In this document: one piece after another, positions 25,501 to 37,997 of the stretch
Position numbering within the stretch: position 1 is the first letter of the stretch
How the letters are laid out: each line of letters opens with the position of its first letter
Notes under the pieces: model-generated
The model's database searches: none
What the model was told of the DNA's origin: nothing
What the model saw: only the letters and a program-made list of their open reading frames with translations
Position numbers and translations under genes: made by a program
Assembly: GCA_965645245.1 (NCBI GenBank)
Contig: OZ287071.1
Coordinates: 372,001-436,000, forward strand
Direction: 5' to 3'
From: Massalongia carnosa
Taxonomy: Eukaryota
Length of the DNA: 64,000 nt

Positions 25501-26453
25501 TCCCCTCACTCTTCCCTGCCTGCTGCGGATGCGATTTGATCGACGATCCGCTATGTTCTGTATTGGCCCCTTTCACAGAGGAATACGAGCTGGGATCCCG
25601 ATGGCTGGGAATGCAAGATTTCAGATTGTAGCAGTTGTTCCGTCAATTCTGATTCAGCTGGTTGGAGTGCCGAAGAGCCAAACGCACAAAAGGTCGCCAA
25701 GAGCGAAGCAGGTCCAATCCGGATGAAGAGTAGCTAGAGAAAAATAGAGATGTCAGACTCTCGGAGACATCCGAAACTAAACCAACTCGCTTGACCACTT
25801 CCGGCCATGATGTATTCCAAGCATCCAAGCAGCGTTCGAGCAGTTCAAGCCCTATCGGCACTCAAACGACCTAGATGCGACCTTGCAGAAGCATGACAGG
25901 CTCTTGTCTCGATTCCTCTTAAACTGGCATCGATACCTTTCCTAGAGGCGTTTGGCTAAGTACTACGCCAAGCATGACCCTTCGTCAAACATTGCCATTC
26001 AGGCTCTTAGATTGTCCCCCAAGTCAGCAGCTACCTATAACAAGACCGCTCAAGCAAACTCGCAACCACCCACATTACAGAGTCCAGAATACCCCCTTAA
26101 ACCCATCCCCCTCCTCCGGTCTGGGCATGCCAGACCATGCCTATCTAACCCTACCTTACCCTCCCTTACCCTAACCCCCCCTAATACACAATACGACACC
26201 AGACAGACCGACTTTCAGCCTTTCAGCCCAGTCTATTCTCTCTTATGCGTCATTCCACACGGTGCCAGAGCCTTGGAGTTAAGCTTCTTAGGCTCCGGAA
26301 TGCGCGTGCAGCTCTGACACACCGTATCGTTGCCGACTGAATCTGAAGTTGTAGATAAACAGGCAGCTAGTCCTCCACGTAGTATTTGCCTGCATATACA
26401 AAGCTCTCGTCCTTTCCACTCGGTACATCATCATACTATCTTCATACAAATAC

Positions 26454-27738
26454 ATGGGGCTGCACATGATGGATGATTCGTATAGTCTTTACACGACTGT
26501 TGAGGGCGGAGAACGTGACATGGTAAGAACCATGGCATTTGTATGTTGGGTTAGCACTGTGCAAGCGGTGCTCTGCGTTAGTCCTCAACGACTGACTTTG
26601 GTCTACTTAGAACAACCAAGGACGATTTCCGCAAGACCTTAACTGGACACCAATCAGTGCTGCGTCTGAGCAGTTTGTCCCTGCTGAAACTTATGCCATC
26701 GACCCGGAATTGAATGCGCTTCATCAGCGAATGTCATCCCACGTAAGCGCGAGCTCCATAGCCACGTCGACGGATGCAGAAGACCTCTGGCAGTCCAACA
26801 GCCCGGCCGAGCATGTCGATCTTCGGCAAGGCTCTTTGAGCTTGAGCCCAAACCCAAATATCGAGCTATCCAATGCCCGAATGAGTACCCACAGCGACAC
26901 GACCGTTCGGAGGTCATCTTTTTTTCAAAGCCCCTATGACTCTAATGGTCCGTCTTCGCTTTGGCCTGCAAATAATACCTTGCTTAGGCCATGCCCGACC
27001 AGTCCTTCTCTGATGAACTCCCCAAACCAGTCCAGCGATTATGCAAACATGCAATCACCAATCCTGCAAAACTCCACGCCAGCGCAAGCCAGTCGGGTTT
27101 CATCGGAGAGCATCCTTTCCCAGTACGCGTTCGGGCAAAGGTCAATCAGCCAGCCTTTACCAAGCCCATCATCGACTAGCATATGTTCAAACGCCCCACG
27201 CGCATCAATGTCTCCCGCTCAGAGCGTTGGCAGGATAGCACCTAAAAACAAGCCCTCAGCTTCAGCAAATGAAAAGAAGAAAAAGACCAAGCCTCGACGG
27301 ACAGCACACAACGCCATAGAGAAGCGGTACAGGATCAGACTAAACGATAAAATAGCGGAGCTCAGGGACAGCATCCCAAGCCTCAGAATGCAGTCCGGAG
27401 CAGGTTATGATGGCGTCCAGTCCGATGAGTTTCTTGATCCTCGGAGTGAAGGTGTTTCTATGATCAAGGTGAAGAAATCCAACGTGCTTGAGAAAGCGAC
27501 GGAATATGTCAAACACCTCGAAAGCTGCAACCGACGACTTGAAGCAGAACTAAACCGAATTCTCAGTCTTTCACTAATGAACAACCTTGGAGGACAAGCA
27601 CAATCACTCCCAAGTAATTACTCAATAATGGAGAATAGCTATAGCATTCAACCATCTGCATTGCCAAGGAACCATGCTTCCGAACACTGCAGCTATCCTG
27701 TTCGAGACCATTTATCTGAGGGTGGGCTGCTACGCTGA
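26454..27738 (+). CDS. SREBP-type bHLH transcription factor lacking transmembrane segments (SrbB/Hms1-like)
   Basis: RTAHNAIEKRYRIRLNDKIAELRDSIPSLR...KKSNVLEKATEYVKHLE has Tyr in the basic region. Exon 26454-26522 splices in frame to 26611 (GTAAGA..ACTGAC..TAG). Confidence 0.88.
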
Positions 27739-29290
27739 CGTTCCGCCATAATTTTCATTTATGTTCAGCGTTGTCGGTTATGAGGTTTTGCTGGAATTTT
27801 GGACGTTTTGTATTTTGAAAGTATTCAACCTATTTGAACGGTATCTCGCTCAAGGTCCGGATACTATTCCTTCCCGAAACTGAGCGCTGGCGCCTGCTAA
27901 CATCTTATTTCCTTTTTTTGTTTTTTAGCGTTGCTGTCTTTCAACTTCGACATGTAACGAGATAGTGCCAACGTTGATGCATAGGATGACCTGGGTTCTT
28001 GGACAGCTAGCTTTCTGCGGTAGGGCGTGCTGGCTGTTTTCTATGAAACATCAACTTATGTATAACACATTTTTTAGCCGGTAATATGGAATACAATCGC
28101 TCCATTGATGGCATCATTGGCATGGATTGACGCACTTGGGGATTGAATGTTTGGGTTAAAGCCCGATATGTATCAGGTTTTCGGACAAGCTCGCCATTCA
28201 CCGCAACTTGACGCCGGTGCTAATCATGGCACCTGATCATGCACGCTGCACGCCTCGAACCTTCCCCTTTCTGTCAGCGGCACGCAGACAATATTCGCGA
28301 CAAGCGGGGGAGCTCGCCAAGCAGGAGATGATGGTTTAACTCCACCGAAAGAGGTAATCTTCTACAAAGCCCTTCATGATCCATGGAAGAACCAGAGGGT
28401 GGAACAAGCAAGTTACAGTTCATGGGGAGAGAAAATTGCTCGGTTGGTCGGCATTCAAGCAGGACAGGGAGCACCACACATATCTAAACTAGGTACTATG
28501 TACTTCGGTCAAGGAAGTTGCTAAGCTCCTAACGCATAGAGTTTGCACTTCGATCTCTGTCTACAACTATGCACAACTGCTTGCTGGCGAACCGATACGA
28601 TTGAGTAACAGAGTACAGAGTACCGACTACTACTACGTATCTCTGCCTGGTGCGAAAGATTGAATGATGGTGACTTGCAGCTGTACTCGGTACAACGTCG
28701 GTGCCCCCGAAACGGGAGAGGATGAATGACGAATTAGGTAGTCGGAGTTTACTCCGTGGCTTGAGGATCGATTAGGGCGAATATAATATAATAATATAAT
28801 AGTTACGAGGCGTTATGAGATAGATGTCACTCGCATCAGCACCCTTCCCAAGATGTGAAACATGGGTCAGAAATGGCATGAAGGAAAAGTGAAAATGAAA
28901 GTGAAAAGTGCAAACAGGTGGCGAATGCAATGCGGAATGGCTTTTTCGTTGCCGCCTATGTTCCTCCTCTGGGAAAATGATGACGAAAGATGGTCAAGGT
29001 TAAAGAGGTGCCTCGATGGTCGCTTTTCTTGATTCATCTGCCAACTGCTTCGACCCCGCATAGCTCCGACCAATCACACCACTGTCCTCGTTTAATTCCA
29101 ACCAAGCTCTTCCGCCTACTTCTCTCGCCCATACACGACCTTTCTTCCTTCTTCCTCCTACCTACATACATCTCTCCTCCCTTCTACCACATCTTGTCTT
29201 TCCCAGTCAAGGTTCCCTTTCATCCATCCATCCATCTTTCTTTACTTGGTTACCTACACCATCCTCGTTAATCAGTCAAACGATTACACA

Positions 29291-30400
29291 ATGATCGAGC
29301 CAATGGAAGCTTTCAAGGGTAAAGCGAGCTCTCTTGCTCCTGTTACTCCTCTCCCCACTGTTGTCCCAGGCAACACTCCTATCTACCAAGAAGCCGGCGA
29401 GGTTGGCCATCGTACGCTATGGTTAGTTCAAACTCATCATCAAGATGGCCCTATGTTGTAGTAGTGCTCACCTCGATCAGGGTTGTCTTCGTCCTTATGG
29501 TGCTGGCGTCCATCGCGTTTTACGCCTTGGCTTTCCGTCAACCAGTCGTAAGTACCTAACCAATTTTACATTATGACTCACTCTAACACAACTTAGCAAA
29601 AACGTCTTTTCCATGTCCTGACTGCCTTTATTACCACGTTTGCTGCTATCTCTTATTTCGCCATGGCGGTCGGTGACGGCGTCACCTACAACAAGATCAC
29701 CATCAAGGAATCCCAGAAGCACTTTCCCGACACCTTTCAAACCGTCTTTCGTGAGGTCTACTGGGCTCGCTATGTTGATTGGAGCATTACCACCCCGCTC
29801 CTTCTCCTCGATCTAGCTTTCTTGGCTGGTTTGAGCGGTGCCAACATTCTAGTTGCAGTTGTCGCCGATGTGATTATGATCTTGACTGGTCTCTTTGCTG
29901 CTTTGACAATTGACACGAACGCGAAATGGGGCTATTATGCTATTGCTATTATCGCTTACCTTGTGATCATCTATCAGTTAGGCATCAATGGTCGTCATGT
30001 TGTCCAATCAAAGGACAACAAGACCGCAACCTTCTTTGCAGCCATTGGTGGATTCACTTTAGTCCTTTGGACCGTCTACCCAATGTACATTTGTTCCCGT
30101 TGATATTGCTGGAACATGCTAACTTATCCTAGCATCTGGGGTATTGCCGATGGCTCCCGCAACATTAGCGTTGATGCTGAGATCATTGCCTATGCTGTCC
30201 TTGACGTACTCGCCAAGGCTGTTTTCGGTTTTTGGCTTCTGCTCACTCACGATTCCTTCTCAAGGTATGTAACATGCATATCCATCAACCTGCTTAGCTG
30301 ACATATCTATTATAGCTCTGCTTCTATTGAAGGATTCTGGGCCAACGGTCTCGCAAAAGATGGCGCTATCCGCGTTGGTGATGATGATGAAGGTGCTTAG
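29291..30400 (+). CDS. Microbial (type-1) rhodopsin, Leptosphaeria rhodopsin (LR/Mac)-like proton pump, 5 exons
   Basis: Introns are 29422-29480, 29548-29596, 30085-30132 and 30265-30315. Helix C is WARYVDWSITTPLLLLDL, helix G is AYAVLDVLAKAVFG with the Schiff-base Lys, and the C-terminus is GFWANGL..GAIRVGDDDEGA. Confidence 0.95.
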
Positions 30401-31224
30401 ACATGATCATTTGGAGAAGTCATGGGATAGGATGCGATGGATCTATCTATCTGACTCCAATTCTGCTCATGGAAAACTAGTCAAAAGTGCATGCAATGGA
30501 TCTTACAGGAACGCAAGGTTTGTTCTGATGGGAGCGAGTTGTGGATAATACGTGCGCTGGAGGTCGACGAAATGTTTCAAATTGCGTTGACGCTTTTCTT
30601 TCTCCCTTCTTTCTCCGTATTCCATCTGCATTTGACCACGCATGTAAAGTATGTAGTCGGAGCATGCATGAAAGCTTTCTGGTATCATATTCCTGCAGTA
30701 CTGTCAGCGTAACGCGGACTACATTTTGCTCCGTTGACGACACCATCTGATATCCTTGTGATGCTGCCTTGCAAAAGAGTTGCATTTTAGTGAACGCCAC
30801 CTATTACCTCCCGTGAGAGAAAACTGCAGGACACATTTCTGTATGAATGATTGATTGGATTAGAATCGAAACGAGTAAATACGATTGATGTACGAGCGGG
30901 ATCGAACCTTTGAATCAAAAGCCTACTCCAAAACTAATTCGAGTAGCTGCATGTTTAATATTTACAAGCGAATGTAAGGTCGTATCCTTAAAGCTGTATG
31001 TAACGATCGAGCTTGATGGATCTCGATTGGGGTTAATCACGTGAGATGATCAATCTAAAGAAACCCCGCGCACTTCGTAACCTATACTTACCGCTATAAG
31101 AACGCCTTTTTTTAACGTGGTCAAGACCACTTAACTTGGGTACCAATATGCAACGGTCAATGTCATAGCCTCTCAAAATCTTACTCACGTGAGCGTTTTT
31201 GGGTTTTCTTAAACCCCCACAATA

Positions 31225-31928
31225 ATGTCTGTTGGAGCAGCAGGCGCAAGCCTGAACCCGGAGCAGGCAGAGAATTTTGAGGATGTTGGTCATGTCTGTT
31301 GTAAGTAAATAGGCTCTGCTAAAATCTCATATAGATGGAGAAACAGTTTGCCGTCAAAGGTTAGCCATCCAACGAGCTGCTCGCCTTATGAAATCCACTC
31401 GGCCCTAGGCCTTATATCATCCAACTGAATATAGGACTGAGCTAGCCGTGCAACACTTGTCTACTTACTGGTCTATATTGGAGAAGACGAGAGGCTCAAA
31501 GCTACGGTTGACTCGAATAGACGATGAAATATATGAACACTTTAAGAGGGAGTTCCCGGATTTTGATCCCAAACAAACAATAAACGAGGATGTATTGAAA
31601 AGCAAAGAAGGAAAGGAGAAATGGCGCAACTTCATGATGGCATACGAGAAAACAGTAGATGACTACAATTTTGGGACGATGCTGAGAGCTAATCCGAAAT
31701 TCGAGTACGGAGAGAAAGAGACTATATTTGGTAAGTCCTCGTTGTGGGATAGGGATGTATGAAGCACTAACTCGAGAAGCCTTGCGAATGCAATTCTACG
31801 CCATTGAAATTGCAAGGTAGGTCTCAAACATCTTGAGCTGGAACTCAGGAATTGACCATAGCAGGAATCGAGAAGGCCTGAACGATTGGATTTTTGAGCG
31901 CGAGCACCCCAACCAAGACAATAGCTAA
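31225..31928 (+). CDS. PBDC1: PBDC1/Ypl225w-family protein (eEF1A chaperone), multi-exon
   Basis: The spliced product reads AENFEDMEKQFAVKAVQH..YW..LRLT..DDEIYEHF..GKEKWRNF..DYNFGTMLR..RMQFYAIEIARNREGLNDW. Confidence 0.88.
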
Positions 31929-32694
31929 ATTCTAACAATGTACCAATTGCTGCTGATACTACATGGAACTAACCCGCAGTCTCACACAATGGCGTTGTAT
32001 AAGAGGTCACTAGTAATGCCACGACGGAGAAAAACATGCTAGTCAATAGGCTACAACACTCATTAAATTTCTTCGAAGAGACCTTGCGACGGTGGCATCT
32101 GACACTTTGAAAGTGCAAATGGTCATACTGAACACCCTCTTCTCTTTTGTCCTTCTATGATTTTAGAATTTTTCATAAACGTCATCACTTTAAGCTGATA
32201 TGTTGAGCGGATTCACATCCAGAAGATACTATTTTCATTACATGTAAATCCCAAATGAATCCAGCTGTTCTCCAGAAAGACTCATTCGAAAGGTGTAAAC
32301 TAAATTGCCGAAGACCTACTTTGCTTTGTTAATCTTTGTGATACCAAAAGACTCTATCTCGTTCTCTTTGATCAATGTGCTTTTGGTATCGATAAGGCAT
32401 TCTCAAATCCCTTTGCAAAGAACAATACTCCCCACAATGCAAGTTCTCACTAGTAAATCGCTTTACGAGGTTTGCATTCAGGCTATTCGATATCCTATCT
32501 ACTAACATACCTTCATATCTTTCCTATTGTGACCACATTAGTCTCGTGTTGCTTCATCTTCAGTTTCCGATCAACATGTACCATTTCTTCATTCATCATC
32601 ATCAAAACTGTAACTACCCTTCACGTTCAGCTCTTCGAGCTCTTCGAGGCTCTAAAGCTTAATATCTAGGAAAAATTCTGAAGAGATTTATCCA

Positions 32695-35600
32695 ATGGAA
32701 ACCGATGTCGAGAAAACAGCGGATAACGATATCAAGGGCGAAGCAAGCGATCATGTGAAGCGCCCTGGCTGGCGGTCCCTTTTCAATTTCACGACAAGGT
32801 TCCACATCTTTCCCTTGTCTGTAGCTCTTGTCTTTTCCGTGGCTTCGGGCGTTATCATCCCAGCACTGTCCATTATTTTGGGGAAGATGTTTGACATTTT
32901 CACAAAATATGGAGCGAACGAGCTCAACGGGTCGGAACTTGTCAGGAAAGTTTCAATATATGGGCTAGTTCTCGTCGGGCTTGGATCTGCCAGTGGAGTA
33001 CTCAATGCTGGATATTTCATGGCATGGCTTGCATTTGGCGAGCTTCAAGCAAGGAACGTTAGAGACAGACTATTTGATGCCATGCTAGAGAAAGACATGG
33101 AATGGTATGACATGCGCAATGCTGGAATCGACACCTTAATATCGCGGCTACAAGCGTAAGACTTGTTTCCTGATCTTCAATGATTATTTTCTAACCTATC
33201 CCACAGCCATGTGCGGGAACTTCAAATCGCAACATCTCAGCCGTTTGGCTTTGCCATTCAATACACTGTCACAACGTTTGCAGCTTTGGGCGTAGCATTC
33301 TATACCGCTTGGAACCTGACACTGGTAACGATGGCGGCGGTGCCACTCGCGGCCGTGATTTTGGCTTGGATTTCCGCAAGAATGCAACCAAGTATTGATG
33401 CGCAAGCTGACGAGCTCACGCAAGCCTCGAAGCTGGCCAACTCGGCAATTTCTGCAATAGATACTGTCAAATACTTCAATGGGCAGGATTTCGAGGTTTG
33501 GCAGTACGCCAACTCTATCAAGAGAGCTGCAGGGTTTTACTTACATCAAGCACAAGCCAATGCCATGCAAATCGGGTTCGTACGCTTTGTAACGTTGGGT
33601 ATGTTTGTCCAAGGGTTTTGGTATGGTACCTACCTCGTCACGGCAGGGAAAAAGGAACCAGGTCAGGTTTTAACGGCATTCTGGGCTTGCCTAATGGCAA
33701 CGCAAGCTATCGAGCAAATCTTGCCACAGATGATAGTGCTCGAGAAAGGACGAGCGGCTGGGGCTACACTCAAATCTGTTTTGTCTCAAATGCGAAGAGG
33801 GTGTAAAATTATGAAGATAGCTGGCTGTTTGACTCCTAGTTATTGCGATGCAGATATTGAAGTCCGTAATGTAAGTTGCGCATAAATCTCATCCAAGATT
33901 CGCTAACTGAATAGGTATCGTTTACCTACCCCTCTCGGCCGGAGCAGCCTGCACTTAAAAATGCCAACTTTTTCTTTCCAGCGGGTGAAACTACTTTCGT
34001 GGTTGGAAGAAGTGGCTCAGGCAAAAGTACCTTGGGGAATTTGCTGATGCATTTTTATAATCCGGATTCAGGAGAACTGCTAATCGATGGCAACCCCATT
34101 CAGACGCTTGATATCAACTGGCTGAGGAACAATGTTACTCTTGTGCAACAACAGAGCGTGTTATTCAACGAAAAAATATTCACGAATATTGCCTTTGGCC
34201 GGAAAGATCACACAAAGGTAACGAAACAGGAGGTTAAACATTCAATTGAGACAGCACTTTTACAACAGACAATAAGCGATTTGCCGAATGGGCTAGATAC
34301 GGCCGTTGGGATTAACGGAAGTGCTATGAGCGGTGGGCAGAAGCAGAGAGTCGCCATAGCTCGAGCCCGACTCCGGGATACGCCTATTCTGATTCTTGAT
34401 GAAGCCACGAGCGCGCTGGATCATATTTCCAAAACACATATATTGGAGAGAATCCAAGAATGGCGCCGAGGGAAAACAACCATCATCATCACCCATGATA
34501 TGTCGCAGATATCAGAGGATGAGTATGTCTACGTCCTGGACAAGGGTGTGATTGTTCAAGAAGGATACCAACGTGCATTGAAACAAGCTGAAACCGGGCC
34601 TTTTGAGCTTTCTTTGCAACCTAGGATTACTTTTCCGCCAACGATTGGTCATCGACAGCGTAGAAAGCCATCTAATATGTCTAGCGAAGAATCAGCTTCA
34701 CTTCCGTCAACCGTCGCTTCCGAGGACCCGCTGGGTTTTAAATCTGTACCTTCAGTCTTTGGTTCACCGGGTGAAGGGATAAGCAATAAGGGAGCATCAC
34801 CTGCTTTAATATCTCCCTTATCTCCAGTCGCCCATCCGCCGAACCGTCTTTCCATCGCTCGTTCAGGCTTTGCCCCACGCCGGAATATTTCCGAGGCAAT
34901 TGATCTATTAGGCGATGTAACTACCCCAATGCTCTCTCCTACTAGAGAAGTTGGGGGAAAGCCCCAAGATGCACCAAACAGATCATATGATACGGAGAAC
35001 ACAATCTCTTCGTCTTCTCATAGCTTTCGAAGAGTGTTACAAGCTGCCATCACCCTTCCATCGAAAGTTCGAGCAAGCATGAGCTCACATCAAGCGCAGG
35101 AGCCGAAGCGAATCAAAACAGAGAAACCTCACGGGGTTGCTCCGATCCGGAAGATCCTCAAGACTGTATGGCCAACGCTGCCGTGGGGTAAACGCGTCAT
35201 CTTGGTGTGCGGGTTCTTTTGCGCTGCGCTGCATGCGGGAGCAACGCCTGCGTTTTCGTATGTGTTCTCGAAACTGCTGGCTTCCTTTTTTATTGTCAAA
35301 GAGCATCGCTCAAACATGGCATTAAAATGGTCCTTATCTATTCTCGGCGTGGCTGGCCTCGACGCAGCTTCCTCGTTTGCCATGCATTATCTTCTCGAAA
35401 ACTGTGGCCAGGCCTGGGTTGATGCCCTTCGGATTCAGGCCCTGAAGCGAATTCTTGACCAACCGCGGGCATGGTTTGACAGGGACAAGAATAATCTAAC
35501 CCGGCTAATTGAGTGTTTGGATCGTAACGCAGAGGAGATGAGAAATTTAGTTGGACGATTCGCGGGTTTTGTTTTTGTCGCCGTTACCATGATGTCACTA

Positions 35601-36944
35601 GCGATTACCTGGAGCCTAGTTTTGTGTTGGAAACTCACCCTGGTGGGTCTTGCTTCTGCGCCCTTCTTATACGCTGTAACGAGGGCGTTCGAAGCCATTA
35701 GCGGGAAGTGGGAGAGCAAAAGCAACGATGCTGGTGAAGTAGCAAGCTCCATTTTCACCGAGACCTTTACCAACATCCGAGTTGTAAGGGCGTTGACACT
35801 AGAAGGCTATTTCCACAAAAAGTACTCCAAAGCTACATATCGAGCGTTAGTCATTGGTCTGAAGAGATCCGCCTTTTCTGGGTCCTTTTACGGGCTCTCG
35901 GACTCCGGCATCATTTTTGCAACCGCATTGATCTTTTACTACGGTGCTATTCTCGCCTCGTCGGGCCATTACAGCATACAAAACATCTTCACCGTCTTCA
36001 CCATGCTACTCTTTAGCATAGCCAACGCTAACGCCATCATCGCATTTAGTAGGTTTTTGCATTTCCCAACGATCTCCTCTCATATTTGTTGACCTCATTA
36101 AGTTCCCCAAATGAACTCCTCCCGTGACATGGCCACCCGACTCCTTCGCCTTGCCAACCTTCCCTACAAAAAATCTCATGAACATACCGGCCACCACCGC
36201 CTTCCAGCCCTCGGCCCCATAACATTCTCCTCCGTCTCCTTTACATACCCCTCCCGCCCGTCGGCCCAGATTCTCTCCTCCCTCAATCTTACCCTGAGCC
36301 CCCACAAAACCACGGCTCTGGTCGGCGCCTCGGGCTCTGGAAAATCCACAATCGCTTCGCTATTGCTAGGGCTCTACCCCCCCACGGAAGGAACCCTTGC
36401 CATCGACACCTATCCGATCTCCGCCCTCTATATTCCCTCACTCCGCGCCTTCATCGCCATCGTCCCCCAATCCCCCACCATTTTCCCCACCACTGTCGCC
36501 TCAAACATCACCTACGGCCTCCCCGAATCCTCGCCTCTCCTCTCCCCTGCCAACGTCCGAGCTGCCGCTACCGCGGTGGGCATACACGGTTTCATCGTCA
36601 GCCTCCCTCGCGGGTATGATACGCTTATCGGTGCGGGCGGCACCGGTCTAAGCGGAGGTCAGGCCCAGAGGGTGGCGATCGCGAGGGCGGTAGTGAGGCG
36701 GCCGGCGATGCTGGTGCTGGACGAGCCAACGTCGGGCTTAGATGCAGCGAGCGCGCGGGATGTGCGGCAGATGGTCCTGGGGACTGGATGTGGAGTTCTG
36801 GTCGTGACACATGAGCAGGAGATGATGGAGGCGTGCGAGGAGGTTGTTGTTCTGGGCAGCGGCGGGGTGGTGGTTGAGAAGGGGCGATTTGAAGACTTGG
36901 TTAGACGGAGAGGGGGAGAGTTAAGGAGGTTGATTGGTGCATGA
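32695..36944 (+). CDS. STE6: Full-length ABCB transporter, Ste6/Mam1-like lipopeptide pheromone exporter
   Basis: TMD-NBD-TMD-NBD layout. Walker A GRSGSGKS and GASGSGKS, signatures MSGGQKQR and LSGGQAQR, and MFVQGFWYG and LDRNAEEMRNLVGRF typical of the Ste6 clade. Introns lie near 33157-33206, 33871-33914 and 36049-36102. Confidence 0.85.
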
Positions 36945-37571
36945 TGTGTTTTTGCTCCATAACTGGTTTCTTTAGCGCTTTCTTTCCGCTGGACATTTTG
37001 GCGATTGAAGAGTAGGGTAGGGAGAGTTTAAGCATTGGTTCAAAAGGGGTAGATCTCACGCTGGCGATCGGAGGAAGGCCGTTATGGATTTGTTCTCTGT
37101 TTCTAAGTTTTCATGGTGTTTGTTTAACTTTGCAGGACTGGACGCAAAGCCTTTGGTTCTGTTTTTTTTTTTCGGTCGCCATCCGAAAAAGTTTGCCTCG
37201 AATGGGGTTGGGATCCCTATCGATGTGTTTCCCCACGGCCCAATCCGCACATCCGTTTGGATAGCCATATCGATTTTTGCTTGGGTAAGTGATTTGTTTG
37301 TTTGCTGTAATTCTTATTGGTTTTTTCTTGGTGCACGCGCGAGGGAGAAGGAGAGATTGTTTACATATATACTCCAGAAAAGGAAAATGGATCGAGGGAA
37401 AAAGAAAAGAAAAAGAGTGGGTGTTTTATGTCTTTCCCCCAACTCCCTTTTCCTAATTTCCCCCCCTCGTTCTTCCCTTCCCCCCCCCCAAAAAAGCCTG
37501 ATCAAACCGTTCCCTTTCCCTTGCCGTGCACGGCTTTTGGTTTCAAAGTCTCCGTGGAGTTTGGAGTTGGG

Positions 37572-37612
37572 AGAAGAAGAAGAAGAAAAAGAAGAAGAAG
37601 GAGAAGGAGGAG
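37572..37612. repeat. (GAA)n microsatellite
   Basis: Seen directly. Confidence 0.8.
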
Positions 37613-37997
37613 TTTTTGAGGTGTGGGGTTTGGGGTGGATGGATGGATGGGGTTGCGTGCTTGCTTGTTTGCTTGTTTGATATACTTTATATTGTATGCA
37701 TATACGTATAAAAGTAAGTAAGACATGTGACGGTCGGGTCATGAAAATGCGTTGCGTTGGGTGACGTGGCGTGCTTTTACCGGTTACGCCCCTTTCATCC
37801 TCAAGAAGACTCCCCGGAAATGAGCAGAAGCATGCTGGGCAAGCAAGCGTGGATCGATGCTATTTTAACCCAGACCAAATTGATGAACGGATCGCTCGCT
37901 CGCTCGGTGAACGTTTCTCGAATAAAACGCCTCCTACGTCCATAAAAACCCCTAAATACGAACCAAGAAAAGTAAACGAACCCCCCTTAACGCCTCA

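Noticed and set aside
30888..30920. GGTTCGATCCC B-box/tRNA T-loop-like motif on the minus strand
   Set aside because: The T-stem does not pair and no cloverleaf can be built.
37056..37742. ORFs downstream of STE6
   Set aside because: They arise from homopolymers and microsatellites in convergent 3' UTRs.
32000..37990. CAAX pheromone precursor gene near the Ste6-like exporter
   Set aside because: I did not see a short ORF ending in a CAAX motif with pheromone-like features.
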